This document shows, one piece after another, positions 1 to 9,420 of a stretch of 64,000 nt of DNA (the first letter of the stretch is position 1; each line of letters opens with the position of its first letter). This stretch comes from a virus (taxonomy: Duplodnaviria; Caudoviricetes): IMG/VR virus record IMGVR_UViG_3300042154_002208; one strand, given 5' to 3'. The translations under genes and the position numbers were made by a program. Below the pieces are notes generated by a model. It was not told the origin of the DNA and ran no database searches. It saw nothing but the letters and a program-made list of their open reading frames with translations.

Positions 1-1
1 A

Positions 2-664
2 ACAGTTACAAAAATATTAGACGTTCTTCGTGCCGATGTTGTTATTAATTGTTTAACCTTTGGTGGCAAAACAGAACTACACGAGAACAATGCTTGGAAT
101 GTTGGCAAGAACATGGCAGTGTTCTATAACTTCTATACCAATGAGGATAAATTTAAATTTTATATTAATTTGGGTTCTGGCATTGAAAAAACCAATGCAA
201 GAAATGCGTATGTATTTTCCAAAAGATTAATTAAGAATTTGTGTTTTGGTCCTAAGTATCTGACACTACGAATATATGGATGTTTTGGTGCAGGAGAACC
301 CTCACATAGATTGTTAAAGCAATACAATGCAACCGAAGGTGAATTTAAAATAAAGAATGATCGCGAATTCGACTATTTTTCAGTACAAGATTTATATAAT
401 GTTATTGATTATTCATTGAATAATTATGGCACTAGCGATTGGTTAGTAGGTAATGATATAGATTGCGTATATCGGAACAAAATTACCCTAAGTGAATTTT
501 TGGGGATGTACTGCGATATAAATAATATAGAGAAAAGATTTGTAGTTGAATCTACAAGTGATGAAAAATATATAGGCCATCCAGTTGATATCAGTACTCT
601 AGAAGAGTTCGGAGGATTGAAGTTGTATGGCATTGGACATGGATTGAAAGTTTATAATGACTAA
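2..664 (+). CDS. NAD-dependent epimerase/dehydratase family protein (5'-truncated by window)
   Basis: The frame appears open upstream of the 113 ATG (ADVVINCLTFGG). It has extended-SDR-like motifs (GSGIE, YVFSK, LRIYGCFG) and overlaps the start of rmlB. Confidence 0.7.
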   Translation, partial: TVTKILDVLRADVVINCLTFGGKTELHENNAWNVGKNMAVFYNFYTNEDKFKFYINLGSGIEKTNARNAYVFSKRLIKNLCFGPKYLTLRIYGCFGAGEPSHRLLKQYNATEGEFKIKNDREFDYFSVQDLYNVIDYSLNNYGTSDWLVGNDIDCVYRNKITLSEFLGMYCDINNIEKRFVVESTSDEKYIGHPVDISTLEEFGGLKLYGIGHGLKVYND

Positions 665-1607
665 AGTTGTTTATGTTACAGGGTGCATTGGATTTATAGG
701 TTACCATGTAACCAAAAAATGTTTAGATGCGGGGTATCATGTTTTAGGGATAGATAGTAAAACATATGCGAGCAATCTAAATTTACTTCCAGACTTATTA
801 AAATATCCAAAATTCAAATTTTTAGAATTGGATATTAATGATCTAGACAGACTTCATGACTGCGATTATTTTATTAATACCGCAGCTGAAACACACGTCG
901 ACAATAGTATTGTTAGTTCAGATGTTTTCCTTAGAAGCAACATCAACGGTGTTCATAAAATACTAGAACTAATTAAAGCTATACCAAAAGCTCGTAGACC
1001 AATATTACTACACTTCAGTACAGATGAAGTGTATGGAGATATCGTAGATGGGGTTCATACTGAAACAGATTTACTAAAACCAAGCAATCCATATTCAGCA
1101 ACAAAAGCAGCAGCTGATATGTTGGTAACAGCATGGGCAAGAACATATGATGTTCCCTATGTAATTGTTAGACCAACTAATAATTACGGAATTGGTCAAT
1201 ATGTTGAGAAGTTTATTCCTAAAGCAATTAAAAATTTATCTCTAGGTAGACCTATTATTATGCATGACAACGGATCTCCTAGAAGAACTTGGTTGCACGT
1301 ATCCGATACAGCAACTGCAGTATTAAAAATTATTGAATCGGGAACAGTTAACGAAACCTACAATATATCAGGCAATTATGAGGAACAAAATATTATTGTT
1401 GCTAAACATTTAGTTGATTTATTCTTTAATTGGAATGTTATCCATTATACAGAATTTATGGATTTTTCTGAAAAGCGTGTTGGTCAAGATGTTAGATATG
1501 CTATAGATGATTCTAAATTAAAAGCATTAGGTTGGAAACCAGAAGCAGAGTTTAAAGATTCATTAGTTGAGATTGTGGAATACTATAAAGAAAATTTTAT
1601 ATGGTAA
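657..1607 (+). CDS. rmlB: dTDP-glucose 4,6-dehydratase
   Basis: Motifs VTGCIGFIG, AAETHVDNSI, HFSTDEVYG, PSNPYSATKAAAD, NNYG and GQDVRYAID. Confidence 0.9.
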   Translation: MTKVVYVTGCIGFIGYHVTKKCLDAGYHVLGIDSKTYASNLNLLPDLLKYPKFKFLELDINDLDRLHDCDYFINTAAETHVDNSIVSSDVFLRSNINGVHKILELIKAIPKARRPILLHFSTDEVYGDIVDGVHTETDLLKPSNPYSATKAAADMLVTAWARTYDVPYVIVRPTNNYGIGQYVEKFIPKAIKNLSLGRPIIMHDNGSPRRTWLHVSDTATAVLKIIESGTVNETYNISGNYEEQNIIVAKHLVDLFFNWNVIHYTEFMDFSEKRVGQDVRYAIDDSKLKALGWKPEAEFKDSLVEIVEYYKENFIW

Positions 1608-2299
1608 AAATTATATCATTAAGTGTTTGGGGAAATGATCCCAGATATATTGTTGGCGCAAATCGTCAGTATGAATTAGCAAAGAAATATTATCCTGATT
1701 GGGAATTTAGAATTTATACTGATGATAAAAATAAATTCTCTAATCTAACAAATGCCAACATTATAGAAGTAACTGATGGAACATATGGTATGTTCTGGAG
1801 GTTCAGAGCAATGTTTGAGGATGAATCTAATATTGTAATTGTCAGAGACTCGGATAGTAGAATTACTTTCAGAGAACATCAAGCAGTCAATCAATGGTTG
1901 CAATCTAATAAAAAATTCCACACATTCCGAGATCACGAAGCACATTTTGAATTCCCTATTATCGGATGTGCATTTGGATACAAGGGTAAATTTGGAACTC
2001 CTATATTAAATTTATTAAATTCTTATACATCTCAGATGAATTATTATGTGGGCGATCAAATATTTTTAAGAGATGTAATTTGGCCATTAGTTAAAGACGA
2101 TGCAATGATTCATTGCATGAAAGATGGATGGTTCAAAGAAACAAGAACACAATTAGTTAATCCATATGATTTTTGTGGCAACGGATATGACGAAAATGAT
2201 ATGCCGTTGTATCCGCCAACTTTAGCGGAATGCGCAGGATTTGACCCTAAAAATACCTCTAAAGAATTTAAATTTAACAAAGGCATTTTAACAAAATGA
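1601..2299 (+). CDS. Putative glycosyltransferase-like protein
   Basis: ISLSVWGNDPRY N-terminus, MFWRF and VRDSDSR (DxD-like) motifs; lies within a sugar-gene cluster. Confidence 0.55.
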   Translation: MVKIISLSVWGNDPRYIVGANRQYELAKKYYPDWEFRIYTDDKNKFSNLTNANIIEVTDGTYGMFWRFRAMFEDESNIVIVRDSDSRITFREHQAVNQWLQSNKKFHTFRDHEAHFEFPIIGCAFGYKGKFGTPILNLLNSYTSQMNYYVGDQIFLRDVIWPLVKDDAMIHCMKDGWFKETRTQLVNPYDFCGNGYDENDMPLYPPTLAECAGFDPKNTSKEFKFNKGILTK

Positions 2300-3090
2300 A
2301 AAGCTATTTTATTACTCCCGTATTCAATAAAGAGAATATGATTGGGAAAGTACTTGAAGGAATTGCGCAATCTGTTGCAGGTAAATATACTGCAATTTTT
2401 ATTATTGATGGATGCACTGATAAAAGCGAAGAAGTTATTAAAAGCTACAACAATCCAAATATTGTTTTATTGCATGCTCCGAATATTCATGAGATTAAAA
2501 GTCTAAATATTGGTCTATCATATATTAGAGATAATTGCAATCCCGACCCAGATGATTTAGTATTCACAGTACAAGACGATGTAATTATTGAAGAAGAAAA
2601 TATTGATATACTATTTACTAATTTGTTTGAGGAATATACTGATTTAGGATACATGTCTTTTAGATTGGGTATCAGTATGCAATTAGCGGGTGATGGTATA
2701 TCTGAATATAACTTCGCGGAGTCTGAATTTGGACATTGGAAGCAATTAGGTCTAAAACATTTTCGAGAAATTAAACACGGTGATTTAGTTGAAGCTGAAG
2801 CAGTTATTAGAAGTCCTACTTGCGTTCTATGGAAGCGTTATCAGGAGGTAGGATTCTACAATGACGATCTTGCTCCTTGCGGTTACGACTGCCAAGATTT
2901 TAGTATTCGTATGAATATGAATGGATATCGCAATGGTGTATATGCTTTAAAATATAGAAGCGATGTTGATTGGGGTTCTACAAGAGAAAAGGCTGAAACA
3001 GAAGTTAATTCTAAGATGGGACAAATACAGGAACGCAATAGACAATATCTTGCAAGAACATATAGAAATTATTTTGAGGGAAAACGATGA
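2296..3090 (+). CDS. GT2 family glycosyltransferase
   Basis: ITPVFN, IIDGCTDKS and VQDD (DxD) motifs. Confidence 0.8.
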   Translation: MKSYFITPVFNKENMIGKVLEGIAQSVAGKYTAIFIIDGCTDKSEEVIKSYNNPNIVLLHAPNIHEIKSLNIGLSYIRDNCNPDPDDLVFTVQDDVIIEEENIDILFTNLFEEYTDLGYMSFRLGISMQLAGDGISEYNFAESEFGHWKQLGLKHFREIKHGDLVEAEAVIRSPTCVLWKRYQEVGFYNDDLAPCGYDCQDFSIRMNMNGYRNGVYALKYRSDVDWGSTREKAETEVNSKMGQIQERNRQYLARTYRNYFEGKR

Positions 3091-3812
3091 GTGAAGTGAC
3101 TATTATAACAGCAACAACTGGTTCTAATTATCTTCACGATAATATTAAATCGGTTCAATTGCAAACACATAAAGATATTCAGCATCTAATTGTTGTTGAT
3201 GGTGAGGAACATTTTGAGAAGGTTGCTGCTATATTAGCAGAACACGATTTTCCAAATATAGATATGGTTGTTTTGCCTTATGCTACAGGTAAAGAACAAT
3301 ATAATGGTCACCGAATCTATGGCGGATTTACCCACATTGCAAAAGGTGATTACATTGGTTACCTAGATGAAGATAACTGGCTAGAGCCAGAACATGTGGA
3401 AGTATTGCTTGATACTGTAAAAGATAATCAATGGGCAGCAACCTTGCGTAAGATTGTAGATAACGAAGGTAAGTTCATTTGTAATGATGATTGCGAAAGT
3501 CTGTGTAATTGGGAATCGGTTATTAAAGATTACTTTGTAGATGTTAATTGTTTCTTTTTCACCAAACCTCTTGCGCTTCAATTAAGTCCTATTTGGTATA
3601 GACGTGCAAGACATCCAGACGATCAACCTGAAGTAGATCGAGCATTGACGTACACGCTAAAAGATAATAAAATAGCATGTGAGGTGACGGGAAAGTATAC
3701 TGTAAATTACCGAGCAGGAAATAGAGCAGATTCGGTTCAAGCTAAATTTTTCCTGCAAGGTAATGAAATAATGAAACAAAAATATAATGGAGAGCTACCA
3801 TGGCGGAAATAG
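3087..3812 (+). CDS. GT2 family glycosyltransferase
   Basis: VTIITAT, HLIVVDG and AKGDYIGYLDEDN motifs. Confidence 0.8.
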   Translation: MSEVTIITATTGSNYLHDNIKSVQLQTHKDIQHLIVVDGEEHFEKVAAILAEHDFPNIDMVVLPYATGKEQYNGHRIYGGFTHIAKGDYIGYLDEDNWLEPEHVEVLLDTVKDNQWAATLRKIVDNEGKFICNDDCESLCNWESVIKDYFVDVNCFFFTKPLALQLSPIWYRRARHPDDQPEVDRALTYTLKDNKIACEVTGKYTVNYRAGNRADSVQAKFFLQGNEIMKQKYNGELPWRK

Positions 3813-4117
3813 ACTACAAATATAATGAGGGTGAGTTAATTAAAGAGTTTCAAGAATACATTGATGCAACATATGGACAACATTATTCAATGAATAGATT
3901 CCAGGCATCCGAGTTTATTATTGATAATGGGCATGGTGTAGGATTTACTGCAGGCAATGTAATGAAATACGTCCAAAGATATGGCAAAAAAGCTGGTCGT
4001 AACAGACAAGACTTGTTAAAGGTTTTACACTACGCATTGATGTTGTTATATGTGCATGATCTTGAAACAGGCGAAGGCAATGCTGATAATTTTGAAATAC
4101 GTAAGGTAAATAAATGA
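3800..4117 (+). CDS. DUF3310-like (T7 gp1.7-like nucleotide kinase-related) conserved phage protein
   Basis: YKYNEGE, TYGQHY, GFTAGNVMKYVQRYGKK and DLLKVLHYA motifs recognised from T4-like phages. Confidence 0.65.
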   Translation: MAEIDYKYNEGELIKEFQEYIDATYGQHYSMNRFQASEFIIDNGHGVGFTAGNVMKYVQRYGKKAGRNRQDLLKVLHYALMLLYVHDLETGEGNADNFEIRKVNK

Positions 4118-4989
4118 GCACTATTCTTCTAGGTTCAAGCGGGTTTCTAGGCCCACAAATATTAGAAAAATATCCTGATATTGTTTCTGTTGGTCGCACA
4201 AAACCTGCAACAGGAGTGAAGCACGTGGATTGTCCTACATTAGAGCATCTACCCGAAGTTCTAGACAAATTAGATTTTGATAAAGTGATTATGATGATTG
4301 GTAGTTCTAATCATACAGAATTAAATTGTCAGAATATGTTAGCGATTGAAAAGAATGTAATACCGTTAAAAAAGGTATTTGCATATTTCAAGAATAGACC
4401 AATTAAAAAGCTATTAAGTTTTAGTTCTATTCTTTTATATGATCGCAGTAAAATGACTTTGCCGGTTGACGAATCGCAATCATTAAGTACTTATCAGAAT
4501 GAATACATTTTCAGTAAGTTCTTAGGCGAAGAAGTTGCAAAATTTTATTCTGATGTACCTAACATCATTGTGAGATTAACAAACATTTACGGACCAACTA
4601 CAGCATTAGATAGACCAGATTTGGTTAATCAATTAGTTGAAGGTTTGGTTATTCGTAAAAAAGCACGAGTATTAAATTTAAGACCACAGCGAGATTTTAT
4701 TTATACTGCAGATGCTTCTGACGCAATTGTAAAATTATTGGATACTGATTATACAGGTCCTGTTAATGTTGCTACAGGTCAAATGCATTCCGTAGGTGAC
4801 GTTGTTAAAATTTTAGAAAAACTTTCTGGAATTAAAATTGAAATAGGTGACGGTCCAGCAACTGGACATATGCAATTTGTTTCGGACAATACATTGATTA
4901 AGAAATTAATTGAATGGGAACCGAAATACAATTTGGAAGAAGGTCTAACAGAGACCTATAAAAAAATGATGGCTATGTATGGGAAATAG
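4114..4989 (+). CDS. NAD-dependent epimerase/dehydratase
   Basis: LGSSGFLG, YIFSK, RLTNIYGP, RDFIYTAD and VNVATG motifs. Confidence 0.85.
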   Translation: MSTILLGSSGFLGPQILEKYPDIVSVGRTKPATGVKHVDCPTLEHLPEVLDKLDFDKVIMMIGSSNHTELNCQNMLAIEKNVIPLKKVFAYFKNRPIKKLLSFSSILLYDRSKMTLPVDESQSLSTYQNEYIFSKFLGEEVAKFYSDVPNIIVRLTNIYGPTTALDRPDLVNQLVEGLVIRKKARVLNLRPQRDFIYTADASDAIVKLLDTDYTGPVNVATGQMHSVGDVVKILEKLSGIKIEIGDGPATGHMQFVSDNTLIKKLIEWEPKYNLEEGLTETYKKMMAMYGK

Positions 4990-4991
4990 TA

Positions 4992-5020
4992 TAGACTTAT
5001 ACGCACATAGGTGTTATAAT
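4992..5020 (+). promoter_or_regulatory. sigma70-like early promoter
   Basis: TAGACT-17 nt-TATAAT with extended -10 TG, upstream of gp45. Confidence 0.6.
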
Positions 5021-5059
5021 ATATTTTTATGTAAATGATATTGCAATTTAGGAGATATT

Positions 5060-5716
5060 ATGCAATTTAGTAATGAAACAATTCAGTTCTTAAAGAACTT
5101 CGCCGCAATTAATAGTAACATCTTGATCCGTAAAGGTCAGACGTTATCTACAATCAGCACAGCAAAGAATATCTTTGCCCGTGTAACAGTTACAGAAGAC
5201 TTCCCAGTAGAAGTTCCTGTATATGATTTAAATTCGTTGTTGGCATTGTTAACATTGATGGAGAATCAGCAAGTTGATTTTGGCGAAAAGTCTTTGACTA
5301 TTTCTAAAGACAATGGTAAATTTGAATACTTCTATTCTAATGCAAGCGTTATTGTAGCAGCACCTGATAAGAACATCGAGATTGATGAACACTTCAAATT
5401 CAATCTATCATCTGAAGATGTTAACATGATTATGAAGGCAGCAGCTATTACAGCAGCACCTACAATTTCTGTTATTAGTAAAAATGGACAAGTTACATTG
5501 ACCATTGGTGATAAGAAAAATGATACTGCAAACACTTATAAAAAGACAATTGGAGCATCAGATGCAACATTTGAATGTCATATGGCAGTTGAAAACTTTA
5601 AGATCATTCCTGATGCGTATGCAGTAACAGTTGCTAAAAAGAAATTGTTCCACTTTAAAAACGCCACAAAGCCTTTGGAATATTTCATCGCAATGGAACC
5701 TGATTCGGTGATCTAA
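5060..5716 (+). CDS. gp45: Sliding clamp (T4 gp45)
   Basis: LKNFAAINSNILI N-terminus and YFIAMEPDS C-terminus; syntenic with gp44/gp62/regA. Confidence 0.92.
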   Translation: MQFSNETIQFLKNFAAINSNILIRKGQTLSTISTAKNIFARVTVTEDFPVEVPVYDLNSLLALLTLMENQQVDFGEKSLTISKDNGKFEYFYSNASVIVAAPDKNIEIDEHFKFNLSSEDVNMIMKAAAITAAPTISVISKNGQVTLTIGDKKNDTANTYKKTIGASDATFECHMAVENFKIIPDAYAVTVAKKKLFHFKNATKPLEYFIAMEPDSVI

Positions 5717-6066
5717 TGAATCACTTAGGTCGTAGATCATTTGCTAAAGGCCTAGGTCTTATAGGTCTAATTGGTGTAGGCGTTGCAGGATATAAAGAAG
5801 CTAAAGAGCAACTTATGCCTGCCCCCGATGAACTAGCGTCTAAAGAGTTATCTGACAAATTAGACGAACAAGCTGTTCTTTCTTTGCAGGCAACATATGG
5901 TGAAAAGATGCCACCGCCGGATTTTACCCCATATGGACAGTTTATGGTTTCTGGCAGTGGCCCTAATTATAAACCCGGGACTGAAATACGTGTACAAGCT
6001 AAGATGCAGGTTGGACCTGATGGAAAGCTATACGTCAAAGAGAATGACATTTGGCGTAAAATTTAA
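5716..6066 (+). CDS. Hypothetical protein with twin-arginine-like signal peptide
   Basis: GRRSFAKG followed by a hydrophobic stretch (LGLIGLIGVGVAG); coupled TAATG start. Confidence 0.55.
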   Translation: MNHLGRRSFAKGLGLIGLIGVGVAGYKEAKEQLMPAPDELASKELSDKLDEQAVLSLQATYGEKMPPPDFTPYGQFMVSGSGPNYKPGTEIRVQAKMQVGPDGKLYVKENDIWRKI

Positions 6067-6081
6067 TATTATGGAGTTATT

Positions 6082-7023
6082 ATGGAATTTCGTGAAGATC
6101 AATTTTTGTGGGTTGAAAAGTATCGCCCTCGTAAACTAGATGAATGTATTTTACCTGTAGACCAAAAGAAGGTCTTTCAGGACATGGTTGAAAAAGATGA
6201 AATACAAAACATGCTATTGTGTGGTTCGGCGGGTGTAGGTAAGACTACTATTGCCCGAGCATTATGTGAAGAACTAGGTACAGACTATATCATCATTAAC
6301 GGTTCAGAAGAATCTGGTATTGATGTTCTTAGAACTAAGATCAAACAGTTTGCTTCTACAGTATCCTTTAGTGGCAAGACTAAAGTTGTTATTTTAGATG
6401 AGGCTGATTACTTAAACCCCAATTCTACACAACCGGCCTTAAGAGCATTCATAGAAGAATTCTCAGCAAATTGCAGATTCATTTTTACTTGTAATTTTAA
6501 AAATCGTATTATTCCTCCGCTTCATTCTCGATGCGCGGTAATCGAATTTAAAATTGGTAAAGAAGAACGTCCTAAGATTGCTGCTCGTTTCTTTAAACGT
6601 GTTAATGAAATATTGGCAAACGAAAAGGTCGAAGCCGACCCTAAAGTTGTAGCAAAAGTTCTTGAGAAACATTTTCCCGATTATCGTCGTGTACTTAATG
6701 AGTTGCAGCGTTATGCATCTTCGGGTAAAATTGATGAGGGCATTCTTGTTAATATGGGTGAGGTTAATATGCAAGACCTTATCTCTGCTCTCAAAGACAA
6801 AGATTGGAAAAAGATGCGTACCTGGGTTGTTAACAATTTAGATAACGATCCGCAAACTCTTTTCAGAAAAATCTATGATACATTATTAGATTCGGTTGTT
6901 CAAGTTCCACAACTTGTTTTGTTGCTTGCAGACTATCAGTACAAAGCGGCATTTTGTGCAGACCAAGAAATTAATCTTGTTGCGTGTTTAACAGAGATTA
7001 TGGCATCGGTTGAATTTAAATGA
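6082..7023 (+). CDS. gp44: Clamp loader large subunit (T4 gp44)
   Basis: LWVEKYRP, Walker A GSAGVGKTT, ILDEAD, SRC and FPDYRR motifs. Confidence 0.95.
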   Translation: MEFREDQFLWVEKYRPRKLDECILPVDQKKVFQDMVEKDEIQNMLLCGSAGVGKTTIARALCEELGTDYIIINGSEESGIDVLRTKIKQFASTVSFSGKTKVVILDEADYLNPNSTQPALRAFIEEFSANCRFIFTCNFKNRIIPPLHSRCAVIEFKIGKEERPKIAARFFKRVNEILANEKVEADPKVVAKVLEKHFPDYRRVLNELQRYASSGKIDEGILVNMGEVNMQDLISALKDKDWKKMRTWVVNNLDNDPQTLFRKIYDTLLDSVVQVPQLVLLLADYQYKAAFCADQEINLVACLTEIMASVEFK

Positions 7024-7307
7024 TTGATTTATTAAAACCTACATTTGATTGGATTAAAGATGACTACATTACTAATCGCTTTCGTTTTTGCGTGGAGTTG
7101 CTTGCTTGGGCTATCAGTATTGGGTGTTCAATTACCATGGCTCTCACAGTCCCCAACCCGCCCCTACTTTCTCTTTACCCTATATGGATCGTCGGTTGCG
7201 GTATGTATGCTTGGGCTGCTTGGACTCGTAAATCTTTTGGCATGCTGGCTAACTATCTGTTACTGGTAACAATTGATTCAGTTGGACTGATAAGGATGCT
7301 ATCATGA
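7020..7307 (+). CDS. Small multi-pass membrane protein
   Basis: About three hydrophobic segments; ATGA overlaps at both ends. Confidence 0.65.
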   Translation: MIDLLKPTFDWIKDDYITNRFRFCVELLAWAISIGCSITMALTVPNPPLLSLYPIWIVGCGMYAWAAWTRKSFGMLANYLLLVTIDSVGLIRMLS

Positions 7308-7744
7308 GTTTATTTGGAACCCCTGTGGAAAAACCAGCAGAAGTTCCATATAAGGCTCCTGCAATTTCCCCCTTTGACTTTATTAATGCTATTCATTACA
7401 GCAAAGATAATCTAATCGTAGACGATTGGTCGGAGAAACAATATAACGCTTTTATCATTAATAAAGGACTATCTTACGGACATGACACAGTAATCCCTGC
7501 GAATGAGATGAATTCGCGACCACATCTTGAGAAAAAGATGCAGTTTTCGTTTCTTATAAATACTATTAGGCCCCGTAAAAGATTCAATAAATGGATCAAG
7601 GCGGAGAAAATTGAATCGATCGAAGTAATAAAAGAATACTATGGATATAGCACAGAAAAAGCCCGCCAAGTACTCCCGCTTCTCGACGACTCAAAATTAG
7701 ATTATTTAAGAACAAAACTAATAAAAGGTGGTCGTAATGGCTGA
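7304..7744 (+). CDS. gp62: Clamp loader small subunit (T4 gp62)
   Basis: PFDFINAI, YNAFIINKGLSY, NEMN, IRPRKRFNKW and KEYYGYS motifs. Confidence 0.92.
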   Translation: MSLFGTPVEKPAEVPYKAPAISPFDFINAIHYSKDNLIVDDWSEKQYNAFIINKGLSYGHDTVIPANEMNSRPHLEKKMQFSFLINTIRPRKRFNKWIKAEKIESIEVIKEYYGYSTEKARQVLPLLDDSKLDYLRTKLIKGGRNG

Positions 7745-8168
7745 AGATATTTTTCACATTGATTATCCTGGATACAACCCGCTGGAAGTAACCATGGCAC
7801 AACCTGACGATTTTTTGAAAGTCAGAGAAACTCTCACACGCATCGGTGTAGCATCCCGCAAAGATAAAGTACTGTATCAATCCTGCCATATTTTACATAA
7901 GCAAGGTAGATATTTCATTGTTCATTTTAAAGAGCTATTTGCTCTCGATGGTAAGACTGCAGATTTAACAGAGAACGATTTACAAAGACGTAATACAATT
8001 GCCAAGCTGCTAATAGATTGGGGCTTGGTAAAAATTATTGATCCTGATAAATTTACAGATTTAGCACCATTGTCGCAAATTAAAGTAATTGCTTTTAAAG
8101 ATAAGGGCGAATGGTCTTTACAAACAAAGTATAATATTGGTAAGAAAAAACAACCTACAGATGAATAA
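7737..8168 (+). CDS. regA: Translational repressor RegA
   Basis: DDFLKVRETLTRIG, LYQSCHILHKQGRYFIVHFKELF and KYNIGKK motifs; ATG at 7737 preferred over 7728. Confidence 0.95.
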   Translation: MAEDIFHIDYPGYNPLEVTMAQPDDFLKVRETLTRIGVASRKDKVLYQSCHILHKQGRYFIVHFKELFALDGKTADLTENDLQRRNTIAKLLIDWGLVKIIDPDKFTDLAPLSQIKVIAFKDKGEWSLQTKYNIGKKKQPTDE

Positions 8169-8172
8169 TCTG

Positions 8173-8180
8173 TATAAATA
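8173..8180 (+). promoter_or_regulatory. T4-type late promoter
   Basis: TATAAATA upstream of a structured leader. Confidence 0.7.
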
Positions 8181-8186
8181 ATAATA

Positions 8187-8340
8187 TCCCAGGGATGGGA
8201 ACTAGCAGTCCGAGGTAGGCTAGTAAAATATTCCTCGGGCCAATTTCAGTCCCACTACCTTGGGAACGTCTAAAGCTGGTACAACGTATGGTACCCCTGT
8301 AGTCAGTAAGCAGGATTAACGCTATGCCTTCGGGGTAGCA
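8187..8340 (+). ncRNA. Structured leader RNA with an H-type pseudoknot and a C(UUCG)G hairpin upstream of phasin-like/hsp20 genes
   Basis: ACTAGC 8201-06 pairs with GCTAGT 8219-24; CCGAGG 8210-15 with CCTCGG 8233-38. Outer stem 8187-8200/8250-65; UUCG hairpin 8321-39. Confidence 0.6.
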
Positions 8341-8370
8341 AATTTTAAACTCGCTTAATAGGAGAACTAT

Positions 8371-8601
8371 ATGTTTTACGCAAACATGGCTATCGATTCA
8401 ATTCAAGACGCCAAAATCAACTTCCTCAAACAAACAGTCAAGGAAGATTCCCTTCAAAAACCTCTAGTCGATTTTGTAGAAGCACAACGGGTCTTTACAA
8501 AACAAGTTGCTAAGTCTGCTAACGATGTAATGAATATTGCGTCAGAGACTTTTGCTAATTCGATTACTGGTAAAACAAGTAAAAAGGGAGAATCAAAATG
8601 A
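8371..8601 (+). CDS. Small helical protein, possibly phasin-like
   Basis: Strong SD (AGGAG); amphipathic helical pattern. Family assignment is from memory only. Confidence 0.45.
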   Translation: MFYANMAIDSIQDAKINFLKQTVKEDSLQKPLVDFVEAQRVFTKQVAKSANDVMNIASETFANSITGKTSKKGESK

Positions 8602-9122
8602 CATTTGTTCCACAAATATTTGGCCGTGATATGTTCAAAGACTTTGATAAACTATATGTAGGCTTTGACGATCAATTTAGCAAGATGGCCAAGATTCATG
8701 ATGATCTAACAAAGAGCATTCCGAATTATCCACCATACAATATTAAGAAAACTGGCGATACAACTTATGTTATTGAAGTTGCAGTTGCTGGTTTTGCGAG
8801 ACAGGATATTGAAATTGAACTTGCCGATGGCAAAATGATTATTAAAGGCAATGTAAATGGTGCAGAGCAAGAAGATAATTTCTTGTTCAAAGGTATTGCT
8901 AATAGAGCATTTACTCGCACATTTGCTTTAGAAGACCATATTGAAGTTCAAGATGCTGCTATGTTAAATGGTATGCTTAAGATTTTCTTAGAGCGTATTA
9001 TTCCAGAACATAAGAAGCCAAAGAAAATTGAAGTTAAAGATTCTGAAGTAAGCACAAAGCCTACAAAGAAATCTAAGCCTCAATTACTTACAGAAGATCC
9101 TGTAGAAAATAGAAACCTATAA
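8598..9122 (+). CDS. hsp20: Small heat shock protein Hsp20 (IbpA-like)
   Basis: NYPPYNIKK, IEVAVAGF, KGIANRAFTRTFAL and NGMLKIFLER motifs. Confidence 0.95.
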   Translation: MTFVPQIFGRDMFKDFDKLYVGFDDQFSKMAKIHDDLTKSIPNYPPYNIKKTGDTTYVIEVAVAGFARQDIEIELADGKMIIKGNVNGAEQEDNFLFKGIANRAFTRTFALEDHIEVQDAAMLNGMLKIFLERIIPEHKKPKKIEVKDSEVSTKPTKKSKPQLLTEDPVENRNL

Positions 9123-9307
9123 TGAATAATGATCTAAAAGAATTTGAGGGAGTTCATTTCCCTGCAATGAAAGACTTTTGGTCATGGGTTGAAAAAGCCT
9201 TTACTCCTTCATATCAAAAAGAAATTGATATGTATTTGAAAGATTCTGTAGATTATAAAGATCTAGAACATAGAATGCAGGTATTAGCACGTAGAGGATT
9301 ACTATGA
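9122..9307 (+). CDS. DUF3563-like small protein
   Basis: YLKDSVDYKDLEHRM motif resembles the Burkholderiales DUF3563 family. Confidence 0.55.
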   Translation: MNNDLKEFEGVHFPAMKDFWSWVEKAFTPSYQKEIDMYLKDSVDYKDLEHRMQVLARRGLL

Positions 9308-9396
9308 AATTCATTAGAGCTTTTATTAAAATCGTACATGAAGTACGACACCGACTAGCCACTCGTGGAGATAAACTCCCCACAAAGGGTTCGTAA
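9304..9396 (+). CDS. 30-aa hypothetical peptide
   Basis: ATGA-coupled start; ends just before the terminator. Confidence 0.4.
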   Translation: MKFIRAFIKIVHEVRHRLATRGDKLPTKGS

Positions 9397-9400
9397 AATC

Positions 9401-9420
9401 ACTAGGGCTTCGGCCCTAGT
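9401..9420 (+). terminator. Intrinsic terminator-like hairpin
   Basis: ACTAGGGC TTCG GCCCTAGT perfect stem with UUCG loop. Confidence 0.75.
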
